32,000 nt of DNA from Methylorubrum extorquens. Its GTDB lineage: Bacteria > Pseudomonadota > Alphaproteobacteria > Rhizobiales > Beijerinckiaceae. A program made the position numbers and the translations under genes. A model generated the notes under the pieces. The model had not been told where the DNA came from and made no database searches. It worked only from the letters and a program-made list of their open reading frames with translations. The DNA is taken from the NCBI GenBank assembly GCA_900234795.1, contig LT962688.1, positions 4,770,001 through 4,802,000 of the forward strand, given 5' to 3'. This document shows, piece after piece, positions 7,552 through 19,622 of the stretch; position 1 is the stretch's first letter, and each line of letters opens with the position of its first letter.

Positions 7552-8226
7552 CTACGTCTCGGCGCGGCCGATCCCGAGGGCGGCCAGGGCTTCGGCGCCG
7601 CGAAAGACCCGATCCGGCGGACCCCATTCGGCCCGCTCGGTGATCGCGGCGGCGAGGTGGCGCTTGTAGATGTGGCGCGGCATTTCCTCGACGCCGAACT
7701 GGCTCAGGTGCTCTGTGAGGAACTGCGTGTCGGCAAGCCGGTAGCCGCCCGAGCGCAGCCGGGCCACGAGGTGGACGAGGGCGACCTTCGAGGCGTCGCG
7801 CACCTCGTGGAACATGCTCTCGCCGAAGAAAGCCGCCCCGAGCGAGACGCCGTAGAGCCCGCCCGCAAGGCGTCCCTCGTGGTAGACCTCGATCGTGTGG
7901 CAATGGCCGAGATCGAACAGCGCGCCGTAGAGGTCACGGATGCGGGCGTTGATCCAGGTGCGGGCGGTATCCCGGCGCGGGGCGGCGCAGCCCTCGATCA
8001 CCGCATCAAAATCCCGGTCGCTGACGACCTCGAACCCGTCGGAGCGCACGGTGCGGGCGAGGCGCTTGGGCACGTGGAAGCGGTCGAGGGGCAACACCCC
8101 GCGGGCGCGGGGCTCGACCCAGTAGATCGTCGGGTCGTCCGCATCCTCGGCCATCGGAAAGATCCCGGCGGCATAGGCCTTGAGCAGGATGTCGGGCGTG
8201 ATGTCCACGGGCGGCCTGTCGTGCAT
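7552..8226 (-). CDS. aat: Leucyl/phenylalanyl-tRNA--protein transferase
   Basis: [20 protein letters not shown]...[21 protein letters not shown]...[19 protein letters not shown]...SKVALVHLV are family motifs. The start is ATG 8226 or GTG 8259; neither has a good Shine-Dalgarno sequence. Confidence 0.9.
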   Translation of the reverse strand: MHDRPPVDITPDILLKAYAAGIFPMAEDADDPTIYWVEPRARGVLPLDRFHVPKRLARTVRSDGFEVVSDRDFDAVIEGCAAPRRDTARTWINARIRDLYGALFDLGHCHTIEVYHEGRLAGGLYGVSLGAAFFGESMFHEVRDASKVALVHLVARLRSGGYRLADTQFLTEHLSQFGVEEMPRHIYKRHLAAAITERAEWGPPDRVFRGAEALAALGIGRAET

Positions 8227-8310
8227 CGAAGCGTTGTCGCGCGCTCCGGGCGCGAACACCAGCCGTCAGAAGGCAGCAGGCGTGCCGTGTCGGCCTGCCG
8301 CCCCGCTTTC

Positions 8311-9678
8311 TCAGCGCCGGGTCTCGACGCCGTTCAGTTCCTCGCGGGCCAGGAAGCCTTCGAGCCAGTGAATGTCGTAGAGGCCGTTCTGCACGTCGGC
8401 ATTGCGCACCAGCGTGCGGAACAGCGGCAGCGTGGTGTCGATGCCATCGACCACGAACTCGTCGAGGGCCCGGCGCAGGCGCATCAGGCACTCGTTGCGG
8501 GTGCGCCCGTGCACGATCAGCTTGCCGATCAGCGAGTCGTAGTTCGAAGGAATCCGGTAGCCCTGGAAGGCGGCCGAATCGACGCGGACGCCGAGGCCGC
8601 CCGGCGGGTGGAAATAGGTGATCAGCCCCGGCGAGGGCCGGAAGGTCGAAGGGTGCTCGGCGTTGATCCGGCACTCGATGGCGTGACCCTCGACCTTGAT
8701 GTCCTCCTGAGCCACCGAAAGGCCGCCGCCGGCCGCGACCCGGATCTGCTCGTTCACGAGATCGATCCCGGTGATCATCTCGGTGACGGGGTGCTCCACC
8801 TGGATGCGGGTGTTCATCTCGATGAAGTAGAACCGCCCGTCCTCGTAGAGGAACTCGATGGTGCCCGCGCCGAGATAGCCGAGTTCGCGCATGGCGTTGG
8901 CGCAGATGCCGCCGATCTCGGCGCGCATCGCCTCGTTGAGAGCGGGCGAACCGCCTTCCTCCCAGACCTTCTGGTGGCGGCGTTGCAGCGAGCAGTCGCG
9001 CTCGGCCAAGTGTACCGCGTGGCCCTTCCCGTCGCCGAGGATCTGCACCTCGATATGGCGGGGCTTGGTCAGGTACTTTTCGAGGTAGACCGCATCGTCG
9101 CCGAAGGCGGCCTTGGCCTCGGTGCGGGCCATGTCGAGGGCCTGCTCTAGCTCGCTTTCCGAGCGGGCGACCTTCATGCCGCGCCCGCCGCCGCCCGAAG
9201 CGGCCTTCACCAGCACGGGATAGCCGATCTCGGCGGCCACGCGCTTGGCTTCGTCCGGATCGGTGACGCCGCCCTCCGATCCCGGCACGCAGGGAATGCC
9301 GAGGCGCTTGGCGGTGCGCTTGGCCTCGATCTTGTCGCCCATGACGCGGATATGCTCGGCCTTAGGGCCGATGAAGCCGATGTTGTGGTGCGCCAGAACC
9401 TCGGCGAACCGGGCGTTCTCCGACAGGAAGCCGTAGCCGGGATGCACGGCGTCCGCCCCGGTGATCTCGCAGGCGGCGATGATCGAGGGGATGTTGAGGT
9501 AGCTGTCGCGGGCGGCCGGCGGGCCGATGCAGACGCTCTCGTCGGCCAGCCGCACATGCATGGCGTCGGCGTCGGCCGTGGAGTGGACCGCGACGGTGGC
9601 GATACCGAGCTCCTTCGCCGCCCGCAGGATGCGGAGTGCGATCTCGCCGCGATTGGCGATCAGGATCTTGTCGAACAT
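8311..9678 (-). CDS. accC: Acetyl-CoA carboxylase, biotin carboxylase subunit, 455 aa
   Basis: [26 protein letters not shown]...GYGFLSENA...GGGGRGMKV...[14 protein letters not shown]. The start at ATG 9678 was verified in the sequence. The track ORF 8311-10755 is a longer chimera. Confidence 0.95.
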   Translation of the reverse strand: MFDKILIANRGEIALRILRAAKELGIATVAVHSTADADAMHVRLADESVCIGPPAARDSYLNIPSIIAACEITGADAVHPGYGFLSENARFAEVLAHHNIGFIGPKAEHIRVMGDKIEAKRTAKRLGIPCVPGSEGGVTDPDEAKRVAAEIGYPVLVKAASGGGGRGMKVARSESELEQALDMARTEAKAAFGDDAVYLEKYLTKPRHIEVQILGDGKGHAVHLAERDCSLQRRHQKVWEEGGSPALNEAMRAEIGGICANAMRELGYLGAGTIEFLYEDGRFYFIEMNTRIQVEHPVTEMITGIDLVNEQIRVAAGGGLSVAQEDIKVEGHAIECRINAEHPSTFRPSPGLITYFHPPGGLGVRVDSAAFQGYRIPSNYDSLIGKLIVHGRTRNECLMRLRRALDEFVVDGIDTTLPLFRTLVRNADVQNGLYDIHWLEGFLAREELNGVETRR

Positions 9679-9689
9679 CGCGGGGGCGG

Positions 9690-10160
9690 CTACTCGAGAA
9701 CGAGGAGGGCTTCGCCGTACTCGACCGGCATCCCATCCTCGATGAAGATGGCGGTCACCGTACCGGCGCGGGGCGCGACGATTTCGTTGAAGGTCTTCAT
9801 GGCCTCGACCAGCAGCAGCTTGTCGCCCGCCTGGACCTTCGTGCCGATCTCGATGAACGGCTTCGCGTCCGGCGAGGGGCGCAGATAGGCGGTGCCGACC
9901 ATGGGCGACGGAACGGCGCCGGGATGGCCCGCACCGGATTTGGCGGGTGCCGGCGCCAAAGCGGCGGGCGCCGCCGCGACCGGTGCCGCCGCAGCGGCCG
10001 AGGCGGTCGGCGCGACCTGAACCGAGACCGTCTCGATCTTTCGGGCGACGCGGATGCGCAGATCGCCCTTCTCGACCTCGATCTCGGTCAGATCGGTCTC
10101 GGCGACCATCCGGGCGAGTTCGCGCACCAGTTCGGGATCGAAGGGTTCGTTCTTGGCCAT
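9690..10160 (-). CDS. accB: Acetyl-CoA carboxylase biotin carboxyl carrier protein, 156 aa
   Basis: An Ala/Pro linker is followed by the biotinyl domain with the [13 protein letters not shown] (EAMK) motif. It sits immediately upstream of accC. Confidence 0.95.
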   Translation of the reverse strand: MAKNEPFDPELVRELARMVAETDLTEIEVEKGDLRIRVARKIETVSVQVAPTASAAAAAPVAAAPAALAPAPAKSGAGHPGAVPSPMVGTAYLRPSPDAKPFIEIGTKVQAGDKLLLVEAMKTFNEIVAPRAGTVTAIFIEDGMPVEYGEALLVLE

Positions 10161-10178
10161 CGGCTCGTAGTTCTGAGG

Positions 10179-10635
10179 TCAGGAGGCGGACGGGGTGCGA
10201 CCGCGCAGGAGATGGGCGAGGGCGTCGAGCCCCAGGACGTAACTGTGGGCACCGAAGCCCGAAATCAAACCGGCGCAGACCGGCGCGATCCGCGAGACGT
10301 GGCGAAAGTCCTCGCGGGCATGGACGTTGGAGAGGTGGATCTCCACCGCCGTGACCCCCGCTCCCCTTGATCGCGTCGCGCAGCGCGATCGAGGTGTGCG
10401 TGTAGGCGGCGGCGTTGATGAGCACCCCGGCCCCGACGGCGCCGGCCTCCTGCACGAACGTCACGAGTTCGCCTTCGTGATTCGTCTGACGGAAGGTCAG
10501 GGCGATATCGAGGCGAGCCGCCTGCTCCCGCAGGGTTTGCTCGATGTCGGCGAGCGTGGCGGCGCCGTAGATGCCCGGCTCGCGCTGGCCCAGGAGATTG
10601 AGGTTCGGCCCGTTGAGGCAGTGAATCGCGATCAT
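10179..10635 (-). pseudogene. aroQ: Type II 3-dehydroquinate dehydratase, reading frame disrupted by one extra base
   Basis: The N-terminal 91 aa ([24 protein letters not shown]...[19 protein letters not shown]) are in one frame. The conserved C-terminus [55 protein letters not shown] is in the +1 frame. The span is 457 nt (3n+1). The junction lies in G runs of the coding strand (plus-strand C5 at 10355-10359 and C4 at 10363-10366). Confidence 0.85.
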
Positions 10636-10751
10636 GCCGTCCGGCTGCGTCGGCCGGAGGCTTCGCGAACCGCCCGGCAGGAGGGGCGGTCTTAGACGAG
10701 TGCGTCGGTGCGCGACAAGGGCAGTTGCCGGCCGGTTGCCCGGCCAAGCTT

Positions 10752-11651
10752 TCAATAAGTCCAGCGTTGTGCCTTGTTCACGAGGAAATCGCGGAAGGCC
10801 TGGACGCGGGCGACCGAACGCATCTCCTCGGCATAGACGAGATAGCTCTCCATCGTCGGCATCTCGCTCTCGCGCAGCACTTGGACAAGGCTCTCGTTCC
10901 CATCGACGGCGTAGTCCGGCAGGATGCCGACGCCGACCCCCGCCTCCATCGCCTTGTGGAGGGCGGTGATGTTGTTGACCGTGAAGTGGACCGGACGGCG
11001 CTCGTCCCCCTCGCGGCCGATGCTGGCGAGGTAGTGGGTCGCGAGCAGATAGGACGGCTCGTTGCCGCCGAACGAGACGAGGCGATGCTCGTCGAGGTCG
11101 CTGATGGTTTTGGGCTCACCGAAGCGCTTGACGTAATCGGGGCTCGCGAAGGCGTGATAATGCACCGTGAACAGCCGCCGCTGGATCAGGTCCGGCTGGG
11201 CCGGACGGCGCATGCGGATCGCGATGTCGGCCTCGCGCATGGCGAGGTCCAACTCCTCGTTGGTGAGCACCAGCTCGATCCGCACGTCCGGATAGAGATC
11301 GAGGAATTCCGAGACGCGCTGCGACAGCCAGGATGTGCCGAGGCCCACCGTCGTCGTCACCCGCAGGTCGCCGGAGGGCCGCTCGCTGGTCTCGACGAGG
11401 CGGGCACGGGTGTTCTCCAGCCTGAGCTTCATGTCGCGCGCGGCGCGAAACAGCAGGTCGCCCTGCTCGGTCAGGATCAGGCCGCGGGCGTGCCGGTGGA
11501 ACAGCGGCGCCTTCAGCTCCCGCTCCAGCGCGCTGATCTGCCGGCTCACCGCCGACTGGCTGAGGCCGATATCGTCGCCCGCCCGCGTGAAGCTGCCGGC
11601 CTCCGCGACGTTGAGGAAAATCCGGATCTTGTCCCAATCCAAGGCCGTCAC
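10752..11651 (-). CDS. LysR-family transcriptional regulator, 299 aa (GTG start)
   Basis: The N-terminal wHTH is [48 protein letters not shown], followed by a LysR substrate-binding domain. Confidence 0.9.
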   Translation of the reverse strand: MTALDWDKIRIFLNVAEAGSFTRAGDDIGLSQSAVSRQISALERELKAPLFHRHARGLILTEQGDLLFRAARDMKLRLENTRARLVETSERPSGDLRVTTTVGLGTSWLSQRVSEFLDLYPDVRIELVLTNEELDLAMREADIAIRMRRPAQPDLIQRRLFTVHYHAFASPDYVKRFGEPKTISDLDEHRLVSFGGNEPSYLLATHYLASIGREGDERRPVHFTVNNITALHKAMEAGVGVGILPDYAVDGNESLVQVLRESEMPTMESYLVYAEEMRSVARVQAFRDFLVNKAQRWTY

Positions 11652-11960
11652 TCCCGCCCGTCGAGGTCGGCCCGTCGCAGTCAGCCCACATGGGGGGCCA
11701 CGACCTTCGGGCGTTGCACGACGCCAGTCTGTTGCCCTGCCATACCCGGCGAAAGGCTTCTTCGCGAAACCTGCCGGCTCCCGCAGCTTTCAGGTTAGGA
11801 CGACAAGCTTGCAATTTGGTTGCGTCATTTCCGCCATCAACAGGGAAATGCGTGTCGAACAACATCTTGAATGCTTCGACAGCGCCTGTCCCCGGTCGGT
11901 CTCCGGGTCCGACACGATGGCGAAGCGGGCGTTCTTTTGAACAGTACTTGAAACGCCCGC

Positions 11961-11981
11961 CAAACGCCCGAAGCCCGGGCG
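11961..11981 (-). terminator. Probable trxB terminator hairpin
   Basis: One nt after the trxB stop, the minus-strand RNA reads CGCCCG-GGCUU-CGGGCG-UUUG. A second 9-bp inverted repeat follows: GCGGGCGTT at 11925-11933 and AACGCCCGC at 11952-11960. Confidence 0.4.
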
Positions 11982-11982
11982 C

Positions 11983-12957
11983 CTACTCGGCGGCAGCCTT
12001 GGCCGGGCTCTCGCCGACATCGAGATTGGCCAGGAACTTCTCCGCGTCCAGCGCGGCCATGCAGCCCATGCCGGCCGCGGTGATCGCCTGACGGTAGACG
12101 TCGTCGGTCACGTCGCCCGCCGCGAACACGCCCGGAATGTCGGTCGCGGTGGTGCCCGGCGTCACCGTGATGTAGCCGCCGTGCCGCATCGGCAGTTGGC
12201 CCTCGAAGATCCCCGTGGCGGGCTGGTGGCCGATCGCCACGAACAGGCCGTCGGTGGGCTGCTCGACGATCGCGCCGGTGCGCAGATCCTTGAGACGCAG
12301 ATGCGTGACGGAGGGCGGCGTGTCGGAGCCACAGATCTCCTCCACCGCGTGATGCCACTTCACCGTGACGTTCGCGTGCTTGAACAGGCGCTCCTGCAGG
12401 ATGCGCTCGGCCCGGAACTCGCCGCGGCGGTGGATCACGGTGACCGACTTGGCGAGGTTGGCCAGATACAGGGCTTCCTCGACTGCGGTGTTGCCGCCGC
12501 CGACCACGGTCACGTCCTTGCCGCGGAAGAAGAAGCCGTCGCAGGTGGCGCAGGCCGAGACGCCGAAGCCCTGAAACTTCGCCTCCGAGGGCAGGCCGAG
12601 CCATTTCGCCTGCGCGCCGGTGGCGATGATGAGCGAGTCGCAGGTGTAGGTCTCGCCGGAATCGGCCTCCAGCCGGAACGGGCGCACGTTCAGGTCGACG
12701 CTCGTGATGTATTCCGAGACGATCTTCGTGCCGACATGCTCGGCCTGGAGCCGCATCTGCTCCATCAGCCAGGGGCCCTGGATCGCGTCGGCGAAGCCCG
12801 GATAATTCTCGACATCGGTCGTGATCATCAGTTGGCCGCCGGGCTGGAAGCCCGAGATCAGCAGGGGCTCGACCAAGGCGCGGGCGGCGTAGATCGCGGC
12901 GGTGTAGCCCGCCGGCCCCGAGCCGATGATGACGAGCCTCGCATGGGTGTGGGCCAT
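11983..12957 (-). CDS. trxB: Thioredoxin-disulfide reductase, 324 aa
   Basis: Contains GSGPAGYTAAIYAAR (FAD site), the redox-active CATCDG motif, GGGNTAVEEALYL (NADPH site) and GVFAAGDV. AGGAGA lies upstream of the ATG. Confidence 0.95.
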   Translation of the reverse strand: MAHTHARLVIIGSGPAGYTAAIYAARALVEPLLISGFQPGGQLMITTDVENYPGFADAIQGPWLMEQMRLQAEHVGTKIVSEYITSVDLNVRPFRLEADSGETYTCDSLIIATGAQAKWLGLPSEAKFQGFGVSACATCDGFFFRGKDVTVVGGGNTAVEEALYLANLAKSVTVIHRRGEFRAERILQERLFKHANVTVKWHHAVEEICGSDTPPSVTHLRLKDLRTGAIVEQPTDGLFVAIGHQPATGIFEGQLPMRHGGYITVTPGTTATDIPGVFAAGDVTDDVYRQAITAAGMGCMAALDAEKFLANLDVGESPAKAAAE

Positions 12958-13107
12958 CTGTGCCGTCTCCTATCAGCGGGCGTCCCGATCGGTGGGCGCC
13001 GGCTGTCCGTTGTTTTGTGTAGCCTCGCGCCCAGTCTGGCACGAGGAAGCCAAAAATTTCTTCCCAAAGCGGAGGACGCGGGGAAAACAGCCCGTCCCGG
13101 TGCCGTC

Positions 13108-14208
13108 TCAGAACGGTCCGCGTCGGGCAGACGTCGGTTCGGCCGGGCGCGGCACCGCCGTTATCTCCCCCGCCAAGCGCGCGCGGTGCCGCTGGTAACC
13201 CTCCGCCAGCGCCGCCGCGATCTCCGGCGTCGCGTCGATCGGAGCGTAGCGCAGCGCCTCCAGGCGCCCGATGAACGGCTTCAGCGCGCCGGCCATGGCG
13301 AGGCCCGCGAACATCCGCCGGTGGCGGATATAGGTACGCGGCAGATCGAACAGCAGGAGGGGCACGCCGGTGCTCGCGGCCTCGCCCACCATGTTGGCGG
13401 AATCGGAAGTGACGACGATGTGGTCGGCGATCGCCAGCATTCCGACGTACGGGTTCTCGCCGCTGCCGTCCCAGAAGAAGCCGCCCTTATCCTTCACCAG
13501 GTTTTCGAGGGCTTTGCGCAGGTCCGGCGGCGTGCGCCGTGAGACCGTCAGCATCAGCGAGCAGCCGCCCTCGGCAAGCTTGGTGAGATCGCGCACGAGC
13601 CGCTGCATGTCGGCTTTGCGGTAACGCAGGTGCCGGCTGTCCCCGCCGATCAGCACGGCGATGCGCGGCCAGGGCAGGCGCGCGAGACGCGGATCGGGGG
13701 TCGTGCGGGCGGCGTCGAGCCGGGCGCGGGAGACGGGGTGCGGCGCGGTGAGGGTGGTGAAGACGTTGGGGCCGCGCAGATCGTCGTAGTCGGGAACCCA
13801 GATGAAGTCCGCCGTGTCGTGGCCGGTGCGCGGGTCCTTGAGGAAGGCCGTGAAGGTCTTCTCGTCCGAGGCGCGGCGCACGGCGCGCAGATAGGGCACG
13901 GCGCGCCGCCCCGACGCGATCAGGAGATGGGGAAGCGGGCCTTGCAGCAGGCCGCCGGCCCGGCCCGGCGCGTCCCGCGGGTCGATCGGCCCCCACGGGG
14001 CCATCCAGGTCAGGGGCCGTCCGTCCGGAATTCGCCGCGTCTCGTAGGCGAGGCCGAGCGCCTCGGCGATGCCGATGCACTGGTTCTCGTCGCCGGCCTT
14101 GCCGTCGGTGAGGATCCAGGCGCGGGCCCGCGCGAGCTCCGGCGGTACGCTATCGTGGGGCTTCACCGGCGCTTGCGCCCGCCCTTGCACCGGCCCCTGC
14201 TCGTTCAC
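13108..14208 (-). CDS. ELM1 / DUF1022-family protein (putative glycosyltransferase-like)
   Basis: WILTDGKAGDENQCIGIAEALGL...IASGRRAVPY...IAVLIGGDSRH...LMLTVSRRTP...VTSDSANMVGEAASTG fits the family. The start is uncertain (GTG 14208, 14190 or 14166). The track start at 14484 overlaps the upstream gene. Confidence 0.8.
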   Translation of the reverse strand: MNEQGPVQGRAQAPVKPHDSVPPELARARAWILTDGKAGDENQCIGIAEALGLAYETRRIPDGRPLTWMAPWGPIDPRDAPGRAGGLLQGPLPHLLIASGRRAVPYLRAVRRASDEKTFTAFLKDPRTGHDTADFIWVPDYDDLRGPNVFTTLTAPHPVSRARLDAARTTPDPRLARLPWPRIAVLIGGDSRHLRYRKADMQRLVRDLTKLAEGGCSLMLTVSRRTPPDLRKALENLVKDKGGFFWDGSGENPYVGMLAIADHIVVTSDSANMVGEAASTGVPLLLFDLPRTYIRHRRMFAGLAMAGALKPFIGRLEALRYAPIDATPEIAAALAEGYQRHRARLAGEITAVPRPAEPTSARRGPF

Positions 14209-14242
14209 GCGACGCAAAACCTTCGATCCCACCAAACCCGGC

Positions 14243-14743
14243 CTACTGGGCCGGGAGCCTGCGCCGCAGCCACTGCGCGTAGTGCTCGGCAAGGGCCGCG
14301 ACCCGCCGCCGCTCGGAGGCCGGGTCGTACCACGCGCCGCCGGAACTCGCGGGCAGAGCCGAAAGCTGGGGATGGCGCGCGAGGATCTCGCCCCCACGGC
14401 CGACGAGCACAGCCTCGCCGTCGAGATAGTCCGTCGTGCCGCTGCCGCCGAGGCTGCTGCGATCGCCGCCCTGCGCACCGCCATAGGCAGCCAGCGACAA
14501 GCCGCTCACGCGCACCACCAGGGTCGGCGCGCCACGGACGATGCGGTCACCGAAGCTGCGCTGCATCGCCTCGGTCAGAACCGCGCGCAGAAGCTCCGTC
14601 TGCGGACCGCGGGCATAGACTTGAAGGGGGCGCACATCGACAGCGATGCCGCCGACCCGGTCGAATTCCTGCGCCGCGGCCGGGGCGCCGAGCACGACCC
14701 CGGCCAGGAGGCCGAACGCGGCCGCGAGGCTGGGGACGCGCAT
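14243..14743 (-). CDS. Hypothetical exported protein, 166 aa
   Basis: Has a Sec-type signal peptide MRVPSLAAAFGLLAGVVLGAPAAAQ. The ATG lies 5 nt after the greA stop and is preceded by GGGGAG. I recognise no family. It is the last third of track ORF 14243-15349. Confidence 0.6.
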   Translation of the reverse strand: MRVPSLAAAFGLLAGVVLGAPAAAQEFDRVGGIAVDVRPLQVYARGPQTELLRAVLTEAMQRSFGDRIVRGAPTLVVRVSGLSLAAYGGAQGGDRSSLGGSGTTDYLDGEAVLVGRGGEILARHPQLSALPASSGGAWYDPASERRRVAALAEHYAQWLRRRLPAQ

Positions 14744-14748
14744 GGGGG

Positions 14749-15231
14749 TCAGGCTCCCCACTCGACGGCGACAACCTCGTAGGACTTGCCGCCGCCGGGC
14801 GTCGTGACCTCGACCGTGTCGCCGACGGCCTTGCCGATCAGGGCGCGGGCGATGGGCGAGGAGATCGAGACGCGGCCCTCGCGCACATCCGCCTCCGGCT
14901 CGCCGACGAGCTGGTAGGTCTTCTCTTCCTCGGTATCCTCGTCCAGCAGCTTCACGCGGGCACCGAACTTGATCTTGGAGCCGGACAGCTTCGAGGTGTC
15001 GATGATCTCGGCGCGCGCGATCATGCTCTCGAGTTCGAGCACCCGCCCCTCGTTGTGGGACTGGGCCTCCTTGGCGGCATGATACTCGGCGTTCTCGGAG
15101 AGGTCGCCCAGCGCGCGGGCTTCGGAGATCGCCTGGATGATCCGGGGGCGTTCCACCTGCTGGCGACGCTTCAGCTCCTCCTCGAGGGCTGCGTAGCCGC
15201 GTGCCGTGATGGGAAGCTTGTCGATGCTCAT
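14749..15231 (-). CDS. greA: Transcription elongation factor GreA, 160 aa
   Basis: [57 protein letters not shown]... aligns with canonical GreA. The start was verified at ATG 15231. Confidence 0.95.
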   Translation of the reverse strand: MSIDKLPITARGYAALEEELKRRQQVERPRIIQAISEARALGDLSENAEYHAAKEAQSHNEGRVLELESMIARAEIIDTSKLSGSKIKFGARVKLLDEDTEEEKTYQLVGEPEADVREGRVSISSPIARALIGKAVGDTVEVTTPGGGKSYEVVAVEWGA

Positions 15232-15252
15232 GGTCTCGCGCCACAATGAAGA

Positions 15253-15285
15253 GGCCCGGCCGGAGCAAAATGCTCCTTCCGGGCC
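15253..15285 (-). terminator. Strong hairpin between carB and greA (carB terminator and/or greA leader structure)
   Basis: The minus-strand RNA is GGCCCGGAAGGAGC-AUUUU-GCUCCGGCCGGGCC: 12 Watson-Crick pairs in a 14-position stem with an AA/GG internal mismatch. UCUUCAUUG follows. The hairpin ends 21 nt before the greA ATG. Confidence 0.55.
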
Positions 15286-15361
15286 GGGATAACGGCTCTC
15301 GATTGTGTGCTCTCGGGCCGCCCGCTTCCGTCGGCGGGCCGCCCGGCACACGAACGTCTAA

Positions 15362-18835
<3,474 letters not shown>

Positions 18836-19009
18836 TGAGCGCCTTGAAGCGAGTTCGCGCGCGCTCGCCCTCGCGCACCGCCATTTCGAAGGCGGCGCCA
18901 AGGGGGCGCAGGCGCTGGGATGATCGTCAAGCCCTGCGTTTACACGCAGCCGCGCAGGTTTGAAAGGCCCGGCCCGTTCAGCCCCGCCATGCTTCTCGGG
19001 AAGCGTATT

Positions 19010-19130
19010 TCAAAGTGTAATAATTCGATTTCTCAAGTAATTATCGATTTGATGCCTGAAGAAAGACTCGGTATCTCGTAATTGTCGACGGAAATAGTCG
19101 ATTATCTTAAGAATTATTACGAGGAAACGA
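19010..19130. promoter_or_regulatory. AT-rich (about 34% GC) divergent control region upstream of pseudoazurin and carB, containing repeated GTAAT..TCGA motifs
   Basis: GC count is 41/120 against about 70% in the flanks. Repeats: GTAATAATTCGATTT (19017), GTAATTATCGATTT (19037), GTAATTGTCGAC (19078), and a further TAGTCGATTAT (19095). A tentative promoter is TTGATG 19049-19054, 17 nt, TATCTC 19072-19077. The Shine-Dalgarno sequence GAGGAA is at 19121. Confidence 0.55.
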
Positions 19131-19577
19131 ATGATGATCTTCAGGGCCCGGATCGCTGCCGCCACGATCGCCATCGCTGTCGCCACGATCTTGCCGGCGG
19201 CGGCCGACGAAGTGGCGGTCAAGATGCTCAATAGCGGGCCGGGCGGGATGATGGTGTTCGATCCCGCGCTCGTGCGGCTGAAGCCCGGCGACAGCATCAA
19301 GTTCCTGCCGACCGACAAGGGGCACAACGTCGAGACGATCAAGGGCATGGCGCCGGACGGCGCCGAATACGTCAAAACGACCGTTGGTCAGGAAGCCGTG
19401 GTCAAGTTCGACAAGGAAGGCGTCTACGGCTTCAAATGCGCGCCGCATTACATGATGGGGATGGTCGCCCTCGTGGTCGTCGGCGACAAGCGCGACAATC
19501 TGGAGGCCGCCAAGAGCGTCCAGCACAACAAGCTGACGCAGAAGCGCCTGGATCCGCTCTTCGCGCAGGTTCAGTAG
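19131..19577 (+). CDS. Pseudoazurin (type 1 blue copper protein) precursor, 148 aa
   Basis: The signal peptide ...ILPAAADEVAV precedes the mature MLNSGPGGMMVFDPALVRLKPGDSIKFLPTDKGHNVETIKGM...GVYGFKCAPHYMMGMVALVVVGD. The His/Cys/His/Met copper ligands match classical pseudoazurins. Confidence 0.92.
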   Translation: MMIFRARIAAATIAIAVATILPAAADEVAVKMLNSGPGGMMVFDPALVRLKPGDSIKFLPTDKGHNVETIKGMAPDGAEYVKTTVGQEAVVKFDKEGVYGFKCAPHYMMGMVALVVVGDKRDNLEAAKSVQHNKLTQKRLDPLFAQVQ

Positions 19578-19586
19578 CGGTGGCGG

Positions 19587-19616
19587 GCGGCCCGGCCACG
19601 CCGGGGCTCGGGCCGC
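19587..19616. terminator. Hairpin between the convergent pseudoazurin and CAP genes
   Basis: GCGGCCCG (19587-19594), a 14-nt loop, then CGGGCCGC (19609-19616). There is no clear U-tract on either strand. Confidence 0.35.
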
Positions 19617-19622
19617 TTCACC

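Noticed and set aside
7543-9150. A 535-aa + strand ORF opposite aat/accC. The same applies to 12181-13542 and 13630-15249, which lie opposite trxB, ELM1 and greA.
   Set aside because: These are antisense shadows of recognisable genes with low-complexity products.
8311-10755. An 814-aa ORF that looks like an AroQ-AccC fusion protein.
   Set aside because: It is a chimera: the aroQ N-terminus, then out-of-frame read-through across the aroQ 3' half and accB, then the accC frame. accB and accC have their own verified starts. The fusion exists only because the frameshifted frame lacks stops.
14243-15349. A 368-aa ORF overlapping all of greA in another frame.
   Set aside because: Only the last 166 codons, from ATG 14743 with a signal peptide, look real. 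The upstream part overlaps the conserved greA frame and is Arg/Pro/Gly-rich noise.
19010-19375. A 121-aa minus-strand ORF spanning the AT-rich island and the 5' end of pseudoazurin.
   Set aside because: It is antisense to a clearly conserved cupredoxin gene and begins in the 34% GC promoter island. It has no motif.
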